In this document: piece after piece, positions 24,025 to 37,500 of the stretch
Layout of the letters: each line of letters begins with the position of its first letter
Position numbering within the stretch: position 1 is the stretch's first letter
Assembly: GCA_032718475.1 (NCBI GenBank)
Contig: JAUCBJ010000678.1
Span: 1 to 64,000 of the forward strand
Reading direction: 5' to 3'
Source: Nemertoderma westbladi
Taxonomy: Eukaryota > Animalia > Xenacoelomorpha
DNA: 64,000 nt
Translations under genes and position numbers: made by a program
The notes under the pieces: model-generated
Databases searched by the model: none
Told to the model about the DNA's origin: nothing
What the model saw: the letters and a program-made list of their open reading frames with translations, nothing else

Positions 24025-27000
24025 CTCTACAGTGTCTGAACTACTGGAGTTATCGGGCTGTTGAGAAATAAGTTCTTGGTTCGGGTGCTGCTGCTGTTTA
24101 ACAGCTGCCTCTTGGTCCCGCTTGACTTGAGCCCTAGTGCCTATGATAGACCTATGGTGCTTTACTAGCCTAGGGTCTGATACTACTACTGTAGGGATGA
24201 CCTTTCTTACAGTAGGAGGGGACTTGGACTTCGGTCTCAGATTTTCTATACTCCTATCTGAGTCACAGACTGTTCTTTCTAGGAGACTATCTGACAGTGT
24301 TTGTTTTGTGTCAGCTATGATTTATTTTACAGTTGAATGCCTACTACTATAACGACAGTTAAAGCAAGTCTAGTAATTCAGTGTCAACTGTAAGCCTAGT
24401 AATTAATTACCGATACCGTTACTCAGTGTAACATGATATATGTATTAATATTAAAATACCGGCATACACCTATATTATATATAAGTATTATTACAGACTA
24501 AGATTAGTCACAGAATACCGGTATATAATTTCAGCCTAAATTTATATAAATAAATATAATAAGCCTACCGTAAATAATACACCTATAGTATATATAAGTA
24601 TTATTATAGACTATGATTAGTCACAGAATACCGGTATATAATTTCAGCCTAAATTTATATAAATAAATATAATAAGCCTACTGTAAATACCGGTAATGTC
24701 AATTATTTTATAATAACTGAATTTCTGAATTTTTTAGGGTTACTTCCCTTTACTTTATTACTGTTATTAAGCAGTAGTCCAACTGATATTAAGACCTAAT
24801 TGATGTATAACAGGCCTACTATTTTATAAATCTGTTTGAGTTGATTTATAATATATATATATACCCGTACAATGGGTTTTGGCAATGTTTGAAATAAATG
24901 TTATTATTTCTGGGTAAGGAGTCACTACACAGAAGCTGAACGCTCTCAGTGGAGTGCTACTTGTTGGATACTAAAACGAATAATTCTACTTTACTAAGTT
25001 ACTTATCACTACAAATTACTTACAATTACAGTTTGAGATTACAATCTCTAAATAAACACTAAAAGGTTACACATACAATTTTTTAGGGTAATTTGACAAG
25101 AAATCTACAAACCAGTCTAACAAGGAGTTAGAATTTCTGGTTCTTACAAACTGACCGGATATTGCGGTATTTGAAAACAATAAAGCAGTAGTAAGTAAAT
25201 TGCATTGTCCAGATAAGAAAATACCACCGTCTGACGACTTATAGTCTTAGCTCTATAAGTACTACGTTATGTACCCGGAGTATCCTTACCTAGAAGTTAA
25301 TTACCGCAGCCAACCAGAGCTAACGTGCCTATTAACCACTTTACAACACAAATATACTGCCTACACACAAAATTACTTTCGGAAAGCACTGTACTCTAAA
25401 CCCTAAATTAGGTACAACTACTTATACAACAAATAACCAGCAGTTAAATATACTTGAACAGCCAAAAGAACCATGGTATCTGCTGGAGTGACCGGAGCAC
25501 AAAATCACCAGTCTTTACCTACGCCAAGCAGCCCTGATGTAGTACCGGGGTTAATTTAACTATAATGGTATGTATAACAAGCACAATTACTGTAGGATTA
25601 AACTTGGGGGGTTGTAGGTTGCGAATACTCGCATAGACTCTGAATAATAAATATTACGCTACCCATGCAGACTATACAAACAAAATACAGACCAAATGCT
25701 GGCAGACTACCATCAAGCCTAAATACACTACAGTATATGCAGACTCCGAAATTGTTAGTTAGTAGGTGTTCTAACCGAGTAGTACGACTTATTCTTTCGG
25801 GGGGATTTACCTTACAACACTGGATGCCCCCACCTTCATAACTAGCACTTTATCGGACAGACACTCTACACACACTGCAATCGCTTCAGACCTAACAACA
25901 GTCAGACAACAATCCGGCCTACAAATTATTTGTACAATCTGAGCAGGCTTACACGCCTTCTGCTCAATATTACACTTACAGATAAATAAAACTGACAGAA
26001 ATAAGTAAACCATACAAAGGAATAAGGGGTGATCAATCCCTAATCCCTAACAGCCTACAATATACAATATTTCACAATCGAAATAATACTAGTACCGGTT
26101 CGGGTGGTTAGGTAGTTAGGCCTACAGTTCACCGTCCAACCGGTACATTCGACTTTATTGCCTACGGTGCAATAAAGAAACAAAAATCTATTATTGTTCT
26201 TACCAGAACAATAGACAAAATATTTATTGCCTACTGTGCAATCAATAGTTTAAATCTATTGTTGTTCGCGCTTTTAGACCTTTAGCAGTTTAATCTGCCA
26301 ATTTTAGTTGTCTTCTTGTTTATAAATCGACTTTAGCCTAGACCAATTATTTAATGTACTGAAGTTACATCCGCCGAAGCCAGTCTGTGCGCGATCATTC
26401 ACCCACAGTTAAGGGAGACTGGATTCGGGTGCTTTGAAAGTTATTGTGGTGCAGACCTACTGTATTATTCGATTGATCGTTACTATATAATCTCTGACAA
26501 ATATATTTACTTTCGGGGAAATATTAACAGTTCCTTTAGGACGTGGCGCTTTAAGTATAAAAACAGAGTTATGACTTATACTAATCACAACTAGATGGCT
26601 ACTGAGTTTCGATATAGTTCTGAGATTCGTTGATAGCGCATTCTTTAGGAGATGCTTTATTATCTGTCACACTACTTCACACGACTTCACACTACTTCAC
26701 ACTACTGCACACTGATCTGCCGACCGTCACTGAATTTGATCATATATAAGGAAGATCACAACTGACACTTGTAGGGATTATGAAATAGCATTTAATTCAC
26801 ACAAAACCACTATAATTTAAGTCGCAGTTGCTACCGGTAACCTGTTCCTCTCACCTTTATGATTATTCATCGGTATTATCCAAATATATCAGCAATATAT
26901 ATCCATATAACAACAATTAATAATAGAAGTAAAATAATGCGGTGAACAATCAGTATGTGTTACGTAATGCGAAGACCATAAGTTGTAAATGCAGAGTTCA

Positions 27001-27799
27001 ATGAGTCAGTATGTCGGATGACGTAAGTCAGATAATAGATTTACGTTCTTATAATCAAAGCCATCAGATGTTTAGGCCAAAGTCTGAAACTTCCACAACA
27101 TAAGTTCAGAAGAATTCCAAGCCGGTTCTTAGGCTCAGAAAGGTAAACAAAGACCGTAATGCATTGCGCGGTTTTCCATAGGCCCCTGTTCAACATAAAG
27201 TGAAAATCGCTCTGATTGGCCGAATAGGCAGAACAAGAGGTTCCAGGTATACAGGAAATCAGCTGACAGATTTCGTCATCTGAGCTCCAATCTTTTAGAG
27301 TATTATGCACATTGCGGCAAAAATGACTTGTTATGTCCGCTAAAGCACCTACACTGTGCATTGCGGGGAAAAATGACTTGTTATGTCCGCAAAAGCGTTT
27401 ACATGGGCCCTACCTAGTTGTTACAGCTGCAGGCAGGTATGGACATCACTCATCACATATACTACCGGTATGGACTACACACATATGTTCTCCTTTCTTA
27501 TTCTATTGTAATTGTTCTGTACGCTGTTATGTTTGGTTAGGCCTATAGCAGTATACTATACAGGTATAGTCCCAGCCGTTTAAGTTCAGAAGTTCAGTAC
27601 CAGTACAGCAGTAGGCCTACACAGTAAAGGCTTCACAAAAAGACAAGGCAAAATAAACTGCTACAAGTAGCCTAGCACTGTAACAAGCCTGCAAGCTGAC
27701 AAACATTCAGATTGAGATACTGCAGTACGACGAGAGGCGCGAGAGACAGGTAGATACCGGTACCATCGTATGATTCGTATCGTCCAACCGCCATCAGCC

Positions 27800-28606
27800 A
27801 TGGATACCGGTAGAACAACGAACTCTGAAATGTTTCCAATGCGCAAAGAACTACTGAGCAAATACGTATTGGCGCTGAATGACGACGAAGATAATCCTGA
27901 AGAATTTATGCAAAACTTTACCAGCAGGATAAGCCTAAAATCTCCTAAAACACCAACGCGAACGCAGGAAAACGTTGTCAATCCCCAACTATTATCTCAG
28001 CAAAATATCATTAATTCCCAAGAACCTTCCGCGCAATCTCTTATTAAACCTTTAAATTTTTCTATGCCTACCCGTTTAGATCATTTGGCTCCGGTCACGC
28101 CTAAATTTACCGTACAAACGATTAGTTCGTTCACTAAATACGACCCGAGTCTTCCGATAACAATCCATTGCGACGATATTATCGACAACATAGAATCGGT
28201 CGGGCAAGTTCTAGTGATAGTCGGGCCTACCGGCAGCGGTAAAACCACCCAGGTGCCCCAGTACATACTAGACCACTACCGGATCAAGGGGGCCTGGTGC
28301 AACGTGGTGGTCACTCAACCACGCAGGATGGCCGCCCGTAGTGTAGCCGCCAGAGTAGCCGAGCAGAGAGGGTGGGAGTTAGGTCGGTTGGTTGGCTACC
28401 AGGTCGGTCTGGAGTCCAAGTCCAGCGCGGAGACTCGACTCCTGTACTGCACCACCGGTGTGCTGCTGGAGCGGTTGATTCACCAGAAACACATGAATGA
28501 CGTCACTCACATTATCCTGGACGAGGTGCACGAGAGAGATCTGGACACGGATTTCCTAATGCTGGTTATAAAGAAGTTTCTGTGTTCCGTGTCTCCACAG
28601 TGTAAG
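27800..28606 (+). CDS. TDRD9: spindle-E/TDRD9 exon 1 (DExH helicase motifs I and II)
   Basis: GPTGSGKTTQVPQ, TQPRRMAA, VGYQVGL, DEVH; GCCATGG start at 27800 (alternative ATG at 27770); donor AAG|GTTTGG. Confidence 0.9.
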
Positions 28607-28749
28607 GTTTGGTGATTTCTAGTAATAGATGATAATTAGTAGATGATTACATAGTTAGTAAACTATCATTTAATTAAAAATTTATACGAATTCTAGAAAA
28701 ATTTAGTATTACTCGTGTATTGTGATCCTCATTATTTATACCGTTTAAC

Positions 28750-28977
28750 ACCCGGTTGTTAAGTCATCCCAATGTTTGTTTACGCCGTATCTAGGTGATC
28801 GTATCATAATGTTTGTTTACCCCGTTGCTAAGTGATCCCAATGTTTGTTTACCCCGTTGCTAGGTGATCGTAATGTTTGTTTACCCCGTTGCTAGGTGAT
28901 CGTAATGTTTGTTTGCCCCTTTGCTTTGCTAGGTGATCCTAATGTTTGTTTACCCCGTTGCTAGGTGATCCTAATGT
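28750..28977 (+). repeat. 32-bp tandem repeat (about 7 copies) of the exon-2 acceptor junction
   Basis: Unit AATGTTTGTTTACCCCGTTGCTAG|GTGATCCT; the last copy is the real junction. Confidence 0.9.
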
Positions 28978-29399
28978 CTGCGACCATCAACGCTGACGAG
29001 ATCGCCCGCTATTTCCTGCTCTCCTGCGGCGGCCGTCTCGACTCGGCCCCTATCTACCGCATAGAGGGCCGTTGCTACAACGTCGAGGAGTTCTACTCGG
29101 ACGACCTGCCCGGACAGGTCCCGGAACCGTCCGAGCTCCCGGACGGGGTCCACCCGGACACCTACCTGATCGCGCGCGACCTGATCCGGTCGTTCGACGA
29201 TCTCGAGCGGAACTCCGGCGTCGCTCAGCGCGGTTCCGTTCTCGTCTTCCTTCCCGGATTGTACGAGATCACGGCTATGAACGAGGTTCTGGAGGCCGAT
29301 AAACTGTCGGACCGATTGTGGGTCCTTCTGCTACACAGTCGGTTCAGTTCGGACGAACAGAGTAAAGTGTTTAAACGAGCCCGGGATAATAAACGGAAG
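28965..29399 (+). CDS. TDRD9: spindle-E/TDRD9 exon 2
   Basis: VILMSAT, VLVFLPG, LLHS; TAG|GTG acceptor, AAG|GTTGGT donor, phase 0. Confidence 0.9.
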
Positions 29400-30037
29400 G
29401 TTGGTATCTGGTCCGGCTATTTTACAACGTAATTGGCCCGGGGGTTGTCATTTTAGAAATTATTTAGATCTTGGCTGAAAAATTACAATTTTGATTGTAT
29501 AAGGGTTTTCGAGGTCGCTGATCACGAGAAAACTATTTATATATATTTCTGGTTAATGTAACCCCATTATGATGCCCCAGAAAGAAAAGTACAAGTAACA
29601 CAAAATTATAAACTGTTAAATTTTGCCATAGGTTGGGTAATTCTGAAGCTATACTGGTTTTCAAGGTCGTTGATCACGATACAACTCGTTAAAACGGTAA
29701 AGGGGTCGTTAAAAGTGGTAACGCAACTATCGTTTTTGGTGCTTGTCAGGTGGGACGAAGAATACAAGTAGCATAACATTTCTAACAGTAAATCGAATTT
29801 GTTTGGATAATGCGATATTTTTGAGTGTCATACTCGTGATCAGTGTCCCAGAAAACCCATAATGTCTACAAATCAGTTTGATTCGGTGATGATTTTTGAT
29901 TTTCAAATTTGTGCTACTTGTATTTTTCGTGCCGCACATTGACACATATTTCGAAAAAATTAAAAATATCCTAATCATCAAGGTACGATATATTTCAATG
30001 CCACAAAACCTATATGGTAATAAAATCAATTTGATTC

Positions 30038-30125
30038 AAAAAAACAAGTAGTGCAAATATGATAATGAAAAATCACCATGGACATGGTGATTTTTCATTG
30101 TCATATTTGCACTACTTGTTTTTTT
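30038..30125. repeat. Near-perfect hairpin (43-bp arms, 2-nt loop)
   Basis: AAAAAAACAAGTAGTGCAAATATGATAATGAAAAATCACCATG-GA-CATGGTGATTTTTCATTGTCATATTTGCACTACTTGTTTTTTT, one mismatch. Confidence 0.85.
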
Positions 30126-30366
30126 CGTGCCCCAGGGGGCACATTCAAAATTACCAAAAATTTTCGCGAATGTAATATTTGCGTTCTATAATCGTGATCA
30201 GCATTAAAAAAACCGCTATATACCGCAAACCAATTAATTTTAGTGAATTATAAAAACTTTTGAAAAATTTTGCACACAAAAATACTGGAGATGGGTGCCA
30301 GAAACGGACCACAGCACGAAAACTAACATAGCTATGTAAGTGGCGTTTGTTCTGTTGGATAGCCAT

Positions 30367-31393
30367 TAGAGTTGTAACAGAGACTTGTCACTGATCTCTG
30401 GATTCTCCGGGCAGTGTTTTGGTCTCTGGATAGGTCTCTGGTTCCCGGGTATTGAAAACAGACATTTTACCCAGAGAACAGTGATTTTAGAAATTAGAAA
30501 TAGTTATTTAAAAATAGATCATGTACAACGCAAAATGTGAATTGAAGATTATTTTTCACAAATTTTTTACAATTAATAATTTCTTTAATTTTTAACTATT
30601 TTTAATACACCACTTCAACACAATATATTCACTTTTACACTGTTTTTAATCTAACTCTAAATCTGACTCAAACTAAATGTACCGATAATCTTCTATTTAC
30701 ATTAATTAATTTAAGGTTCGTTTAATTTTAAGTTAAATTAGCACCTAAAGAGGGTTCTTATAGATAAAGGGGGATAAAGGTGCTTAATTTGAGCACCCAT
30801 AATGTTTAAAAGTGAAAGAAAGGGCTGTTCTCCATTCAACTTGTTGTAGGATAGATAATATGACGACCAAATGAAGAGAACGAGCGTAACGAGGCTTGTA
30901 AATGGGGCGAGTAGAGTACCATACATGTGCTCTGTATTCGTAATTTACTAAGTTTATTTTAAAGTACATTGAATGAAATGTATATATGATTTGAACACTA
31001 ATTGTAAAATAAAAGCCTTAAATTAACAAAGTACCAGTACCTATGGCGCAAAACAAATTTATGTGACATATTATTAATTAAAAATAACAAAATAAGAACG
31101 AATTAATAAACAAATAACCAAATTAATATTAATTAAGTCCCCCAAACTGTACGTGCGCTTATTTTCTTCCAATGGGTAAGGGTTGACATGGGTTGGATTT
31201 ACTGTAATTCAACCATTTAAAAACAGTTATCAGTCCATATGTACCTGTTTGTGCTTTATGGGACTAATCAAAATGTAAGCACAAAAATAGGTACAGTCTC
31301 TGATCTCTGGTCTCCGGTATTTTTCAAAATAATTCTCCGGATAGGTCTCTGGTTCACCGGGATTAAGAAAAACAGGTCTCTGTTGCAACTCTA
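30367..31393. mobile_element. hAT-family MITE
   Basis: TIR TAGAGTTG(T/C)AACAGAGAC and perfect 8-bp TSD ATAGCCAT (30359-30366 and 31394-31401). Confidence 0.85.
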
Positions 31394-32009
31394 ATAGCCA
31401 TATACATTTTAGGAAAAGTCACGAACAAATCTGACTCAAAGAAACGGATGAATTACAAACAAATATAAAATGACCCTCCCGGACTAAATAGGGTTAATTG
31501 CACCGGAACTTTATCTTTGTAAAACGACGTTGCTGTAAAACGTTACCACGTTCAAACTGCGAACAAGTTAAGTTGCTTGTTTTAGAGATTAATAACTTAA
31601 TGATTTACTGGAGGGTAGAATCATAATAATATGAGTGTAGAGTAATCAGTTATTGAGATGTTACTTATTAAACCGAACATATGGGCAGTTTGTTAAATGA
31701 ATATCTCAACAATAATACTACGGCACTCTAGTTTTAAAGTGTTATTTGGATTGTTACGATTCGAATGAGCTAACTACTGTTATACTACAATGAGTGCCAT
31801 AATCCGTTGGTAATCTCTAATTAATTGAGTAAATCAAACATCTGTGCGAAATGTAGGCATATTCCCACGAACTGAATAAAAAATTGCCAAAGTTGGTAAG
31901 AGATTAGAGGAAACCCCCACCTCGGGCTTGATTATGAGTGTCTTTGTGTGTAGCTTTGTTATCTTTATGTCGTTCAAACAATCAAAAGGACAAATGTTGG
32001 TGATTTCAG

Positions 32010-32237
32010 GTTATTTTATCCAGTAACATCGCGGAGAGTTCCATCACGGTTGTTGACATCGCTTACGTCATCGACTTCTGTCTGACTCGGCGAATGGAGC
32101 GGGACCCCGAGACCAATCTACAGTGTCTGCGACTGGTATGGGCCAGTCGGTCCCAGACAACCCAACGGGCTGGTAGAGCTGGCCGTCTCAGGGATGGTAG
32201 GGTTTACAGAATGGTTCCGCGATGGTTCCACTCACAG
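32010..32237 (+). CDS. TDRD9: spindle-E/TDRD9 exon 3 (motifs V and VI)
   Basis: VILSSNIAESSITV, QRAGRAGR; CAG|GTT acceptor and CAG|GTTGGT donor. Confidence 0.92.
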
Positions 32238-32616
32238 GTTGGTGCCAAATTTATCATCCACACATACCTAGGCGGATCAACAATTAATTATTATACCTTT
32301 TATTCATATTTTATGGAACATTTTATTATTATCTATCAATATTTTTAATTCCACCTGTAATGAGATATTGACTCAATTGATATTAACTATGTTATGTTAC
32401 ATTTAATTCGATTGTCACTGTCGAACGTAGTGAGTCTTGAAAACTAATGCACATTGTTGTTTAACATAAATTATAATTATGGTCACTTGTTGCAAATCTT
32501 AAATACGCCGCAGATACGATTTCCAACCGTTATATTTATTCATTAGAATAAAATAGCATCACGCATAATTAGTGGATGATTTTAGTGATAATTAATAATT
32601 GATAATCTCCACTCAG

Positions 32617-33018
32617 GTTCTCTCCGCGGACGCTCCACCGGAGATGCTGCGTGCTCCACTCAGCCGAGTCGTACTCCGCTCCAAGTCCCTCGCTATGGGC
32701 AGCCCGGTCTCGCTGCTCAGTCTAGCGATAGAACCCCCAGACACCCGTAACATAGCGAGAACCGTTCTAGAACTTAAAGAGGCTCTGGCCCTAACGTGTA
32801 GGGTTAACAAACGAGTTGTAGTGACGGACGGCGACCTGACACTGATAGGGGAGATTCTCGCTAACCTACCGGTCGATGTACAACTCGGCAAACTAATAAT
32901 GATCGGACTCGTGTTTGGATACCTTCACGAAGCGGTCATCATGGCTGCCTGTCTCTCCGTACCACGTAGCATATTCCGTAATCTACACAAAGACCCATTG
33001 TTATCCTACGTAAACAAG
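32617..33018 (+). CDS. TDRD9: spindle-E/TDRD9 exon 4 (HA2 domain)
   Basis: PEMLRAPL, DGDLTLIG..LANLPVD..LGKLI; phase 0 junctions. Confidence 0.9.
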
Positions 33019-33496
33019 GTATGGATGTAAGGGGATATATTTACTTCCGTACCCTATATTATTAAGGCCCCCTTCTGTTTTAATAATTAAATACAGACTG
33101 TTTGGTTAGTAATGTATATAGAGAATGCGACCTTTTAAACTCTTTTAATTTAAATGTGTACGATTGTTAATTTATTTGTAAACTGATTAGGTTCTTGGAT
33201 GAATTTATATCTTCCTTTTTTAATGGAGACTAGTTATTATTTTTTTCCCATCTTCTCATACACGAAGATACTGAATGGACATTGACCGTAAATGAAAAAG
33301 GTAATCTCCAGCGCAAAATTTCGTTGATAAAACACCGCCACTGCAACCTGTTCCTTTCCCTTAATGTTTTAAATTTAATAAAAAAATGTAAACCCTCTAA
33401 ACACATGGTTGGGGTTTGCAGTCATTTTGCCCCATTAAATCCATACACGTAGGACAACGCGTAGTTATTTACCCACCCCCCCCCCCTCCCCCTCAG

Positions 33497-33817
33497 GTCA
33501 TGTGGTCTAAACGCAGTCTGAGTGACCCCCTCGCAGCGCTCATGGCTTACCTCACCTGGTCCAGCCACGTCGCAAACGGAGACTTCTCTACCGAGGCCGA
33601 TCAGCAACAATGGTGTCAGACGTGGTCCCTGGAGCGTAAAGCGTTGAGCGAGGCAGAAAGCCTGGTAGATGAGGTAACGCAACGTCTCTCCGCTAAGGGC
33701 GTCAGTATGCCTCCACCTCGGTCTAACTTAGATTCACTGGACTACTTTGTCCTTAAGATTGTCATCGCCGGTTCCTTCTATCCCAACTACTTCTCTTCTA
33801 GCCATATTGACGACGAG
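33497..33817 (+). CDS. TDRD9: spindle-E/TDRD9 exon 5
   Basis: SDPLA, LKIVIAGSFYPNYF; GAG|GTATGT donor. Confidence 0.88.
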
Positions 33818-33999
33818 GTATGTTGTATTACTTAGTGGGTTCGCCTTGTTCTACTATTATTGTGACGATTTAATTAATTAGAATGTCGAATTAACGAGTT
33901 ACAGATGTTTGTTGTTATTAATTTTGATAAAACTATCATAAAGTACAAATATTTATCTGCTGCGCTAACTATTTTCCAATGAATCTCTCACTATTTCAG

Positions 34000-34505
34000 G
34001 CGGCCTACAAGGGGTGTCTGGGGATGGACCCCCTTAGCTCGGTGTGTCTGAAGGGTCTTCCGGAGCAACTGGGGCCGTACTACCGAACGCAACTCTGCAA
34101 CTCTATCGGTTCGCTATTCGGGACGATGAAACTCGAGAAACCCCGGACGTTATCGTTCGAGGGACAGCGAGCCGTGGTCACCTTCGTCAACGATGACGCC
34201 TCTAGCGGCGAGGTTCCACTAGCCGTCTACGTTATGTTAAAGTCCCGGGTTACCCAGGGCAACCGCTTCGTACTGGACTCGTCTCGCGTCGACTCCTCGG
34301 TGGCTCAGTTATCGAAGCGAGTAAGTTCGTGTTCCTCTTCCTTCCGCGGTTCCCACTTCTTCGTTTCGTACCGCGGCGTCGGGGGTCGCACAGACACCGC
34401 CACGGCCGGGAACCGCGTAACAATCCCGGACGACCCCGTCCTAACGCTCAAACTTACCTACGTCGGTGAGGTCGGCTGTCTCTGGGGTCATATACTTACA
34501 CCCAT
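34000..34505 (+). CDS. TDRD9: spindle-E/TDRD9 exon 6
   Basis: DPLSSVCLKGLP, AVYVMLK, VGEVGCLWGH; phase-2 donor AT|GTAAGT joins exon 7 in frame. Confidence 0.85.
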
Positions 34506-37500
34506 GTAAGTTCGCCATTATACTTACACCCATGTAAGTTAGCCATTATACTTACACCCATGTAAGTTCGCCATTATACTTACACCCATGTAAGTTCGCC
34601 ATTATACTTACATCCATATAAGTTCGCCATTATACTTACACCCATGTAAGTTAGCCATTATACTTACACCCATGTAAGTTCGCCATTATACTTACACCCA
34701 TGTAAGTTCGCCATTATACTTACACCCATGTAAGTTAGCCATTATACTTACACCCATGTAAGTTCTCCATTATACTTACACCCATGTAAGTTCGCCATTA
34801 TACTTACACCCATGTAAGTTCGCCATTATACTTACACCCATGTAAGTTAGCCATTATACTTACACCCATGTAAGTTCGCCATTATACTTACACCCATGTA
34901 AGTTAGCCATTATACTTACACCCATGTAAGTTCGCCATTATACTTACACCCATGTAAGTTAGCCATTATACTTACACCCATGTAAGTTCGCCATTATACT
35001 TACACCCATGTAAGTTTGTCATTATACTTACACCCATGTAAGTTAGCCATTATACTTACACCCATGTAAGTTTGCCATTATACTTACACCCATGTAAGTT
35101 AGCCATTATACTTACACCCATGTAAGTTCGCCATTATACTTACACCCATGTAAGTTCGCCATTATACTTACACCCATGTAAGTTAGCCATTATACTTACA
35201 CCCATGTAAGTTAGCCATTATACTTACACCCATGTAAGTTAGCCATTATACTTACACCCATGTAAGTTCTCCATTATACTTACACCCATGTAAGTTCGCC
35301 ATTATACTTACACCCATGTAAGTTAGCCATTATACTTACATCCATGTAAGTTAGCCATTATACTTACACCCATGTAAGTTCGCCATTATACTTACACCCA
35401 TGTAAGTTAGCCATTATACTTACACCCATGTAAGTTCGCCATTATACTTACACCCATGTAAGTTCGCCATTATACTTCACCCATGTAAGTTAGCCATTAT
35501 ACTTACACCCATGTAAGTTCGCCATTATACTTACACCCATGTAAGTTAGCCATTATACTTACACCCATGTAAGTTCGCCATTATACTTACACCCATGTAA
35601 GTTCGCCATTATACTTACACCCATGTAAGTTAGCCATTATACTTACACCCATGTAAGTTCGCCATTATACTTACACCCATGTAAGTTCGCCATTATACTT
35701 ACACCCATGTAAGTTAGCCATTATACTTACACCCATGTAAGTTCGCCATTATACTTACACCCATGTAAGTTAGCCATTATACTTACACCCATGTAAGTTC
35801 GCCATTATACTTACACCCATGTAAGTTCGCCATTATACTTACACCCATGTAAGTTAGCCATTATACTTACACCCATGTAAGTTCGCCATTATACTTACAC
35901 CCATGTAAGTTAGCCATTATACTTACACCCATGTAAGTTCGCCATTATACTTACACCATGTAAGTTCGCCATTATACTTACACCCATGTAAGTTAGCCAT
36001 TATACTTACACCCATGTAAGTTAGCCATTATACTTACACCCATGTAAGTTAGCCATTATACCTACACCCATGTAAGTTAGCCATTATACTTACACCCATG
36101 TAAGTTCGCCATTATATTTACACCCATGTAAGTTCTCCATTATACTTACGCCCATGTAAGTTCGCCATTATACTTACACCCATGTAAGTTAGCCATTATA
36201 CTTACACCCATGTAAGTTAGCCATTATACTTACACCCATGTAAGTTCTCCATTATACTTACACCCATGTAAGTTCGCCATTATACTTACACCCATGTAAG
36301 TTAGCCATTATACTTACACCCATGTAAGTTCGCCATTATACTTACACCCATGTAAGTTAGCCATTATACTTACACCCATGTAAGTTAGCCATTATACTTA
36401 CACCCATATAAGTTAGCCATTATACTTACACCCATGTAAGTTCGACATTATACTTACACCCATGTAGGTTAGCCATTATACTTACACCCATGTAAGTTCG
36501 CCATTATACTTACACCCATGTAAGTTAGCCATTATACTTACATCCATGTAAGTTAGCCATTATACTTACACCCATGTAAGTTCGCCATTATACTTACACC
36601 CATGTAAGTTAGCCATTATACTTACACCCATGTAAGTTAGCCATTATTCTTACACCCATGTAAGTTCGCCATTATACTTACACCCATGTAAGTTCTCCAT
36701 TATACTTACACCCATGTAAGTTTGCCATTATACTTACACCCATGTAAGTTAGCCATTATACTTACACCCATGTAAGTTAGCCATTATACTTACACCCATG
36801 TAAGTTCTCCATTATACTTACACCCATGTAAGTTCGCCATTATACTTACACCCATGTAAGTTAGCCATTATACTTACACCCATGTAAGTTAGCCATTATA
36901 CTTACACCCATATAAGTTAGCCATTATACTTACACCCATGTAAGTTAGCCATTATACTTACACCCATGTAAGTTAGCCATTATACTTACACCCATATAAG
37001 TTAGCCATTATACTTACACCCATGTAAGTTCGCCATTATACTTACACCCATGTAGGTTAGCCATTATACTTACACCCATGTAAGTTCGCCATTATACTTA
37101 CACCCATGTAAGTTAGCCATTATACTTACATCCATGTAAGTTAGCCATTATACTTACACCCATGTAAGTTCGCCATTATACTTACACCCATGTAAGTTAG
37201 CCATTATACTTACACCCATGTAAGTTCGCCATTATACTTACACCCATGTAAGTTCGCCATTATACTTACACCCATGTAAGTTAGCCATTATACTTACACC
37301 CATGTAAGTTCGCCATTATACTTACACCCATGTAAGTTAGCCATTATACTTACACCCATGTAAGTTCGCCATTATACTTACACCCATGTAAGTTAGCCAT
37401 TATACTTACACCCATGTAAGTTCGCCATTATACTTACACCCATGTAAGTTCGCCATTATACTTACACCCATGTAAGTTAGCCATTATACTTACACCCATG

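Larger units (their letters stand above)
12271..27403 (-). mobile_element. Degenerate BEL/Pao LTR retrotransposon (element B), gag-PR-RT-RNaseH-IN
   Basis: Terminus TGTAAACGCTTTTGC at 27403 resembles the A terminus; leader homologous to A; complete domain order with several frameshifts and stops. Confidence 0.9.
29434..31498. mobile_element. Degraded piggyBac-like non-autonomous element in intron 2
   Basis: Right end AAAATGACCCTCCCGGACTAAATAGGG-TTAA; left end GGCCCGGGGGGTTGTCATTTT is a degenerate inverted match. Confidence 0.4.
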
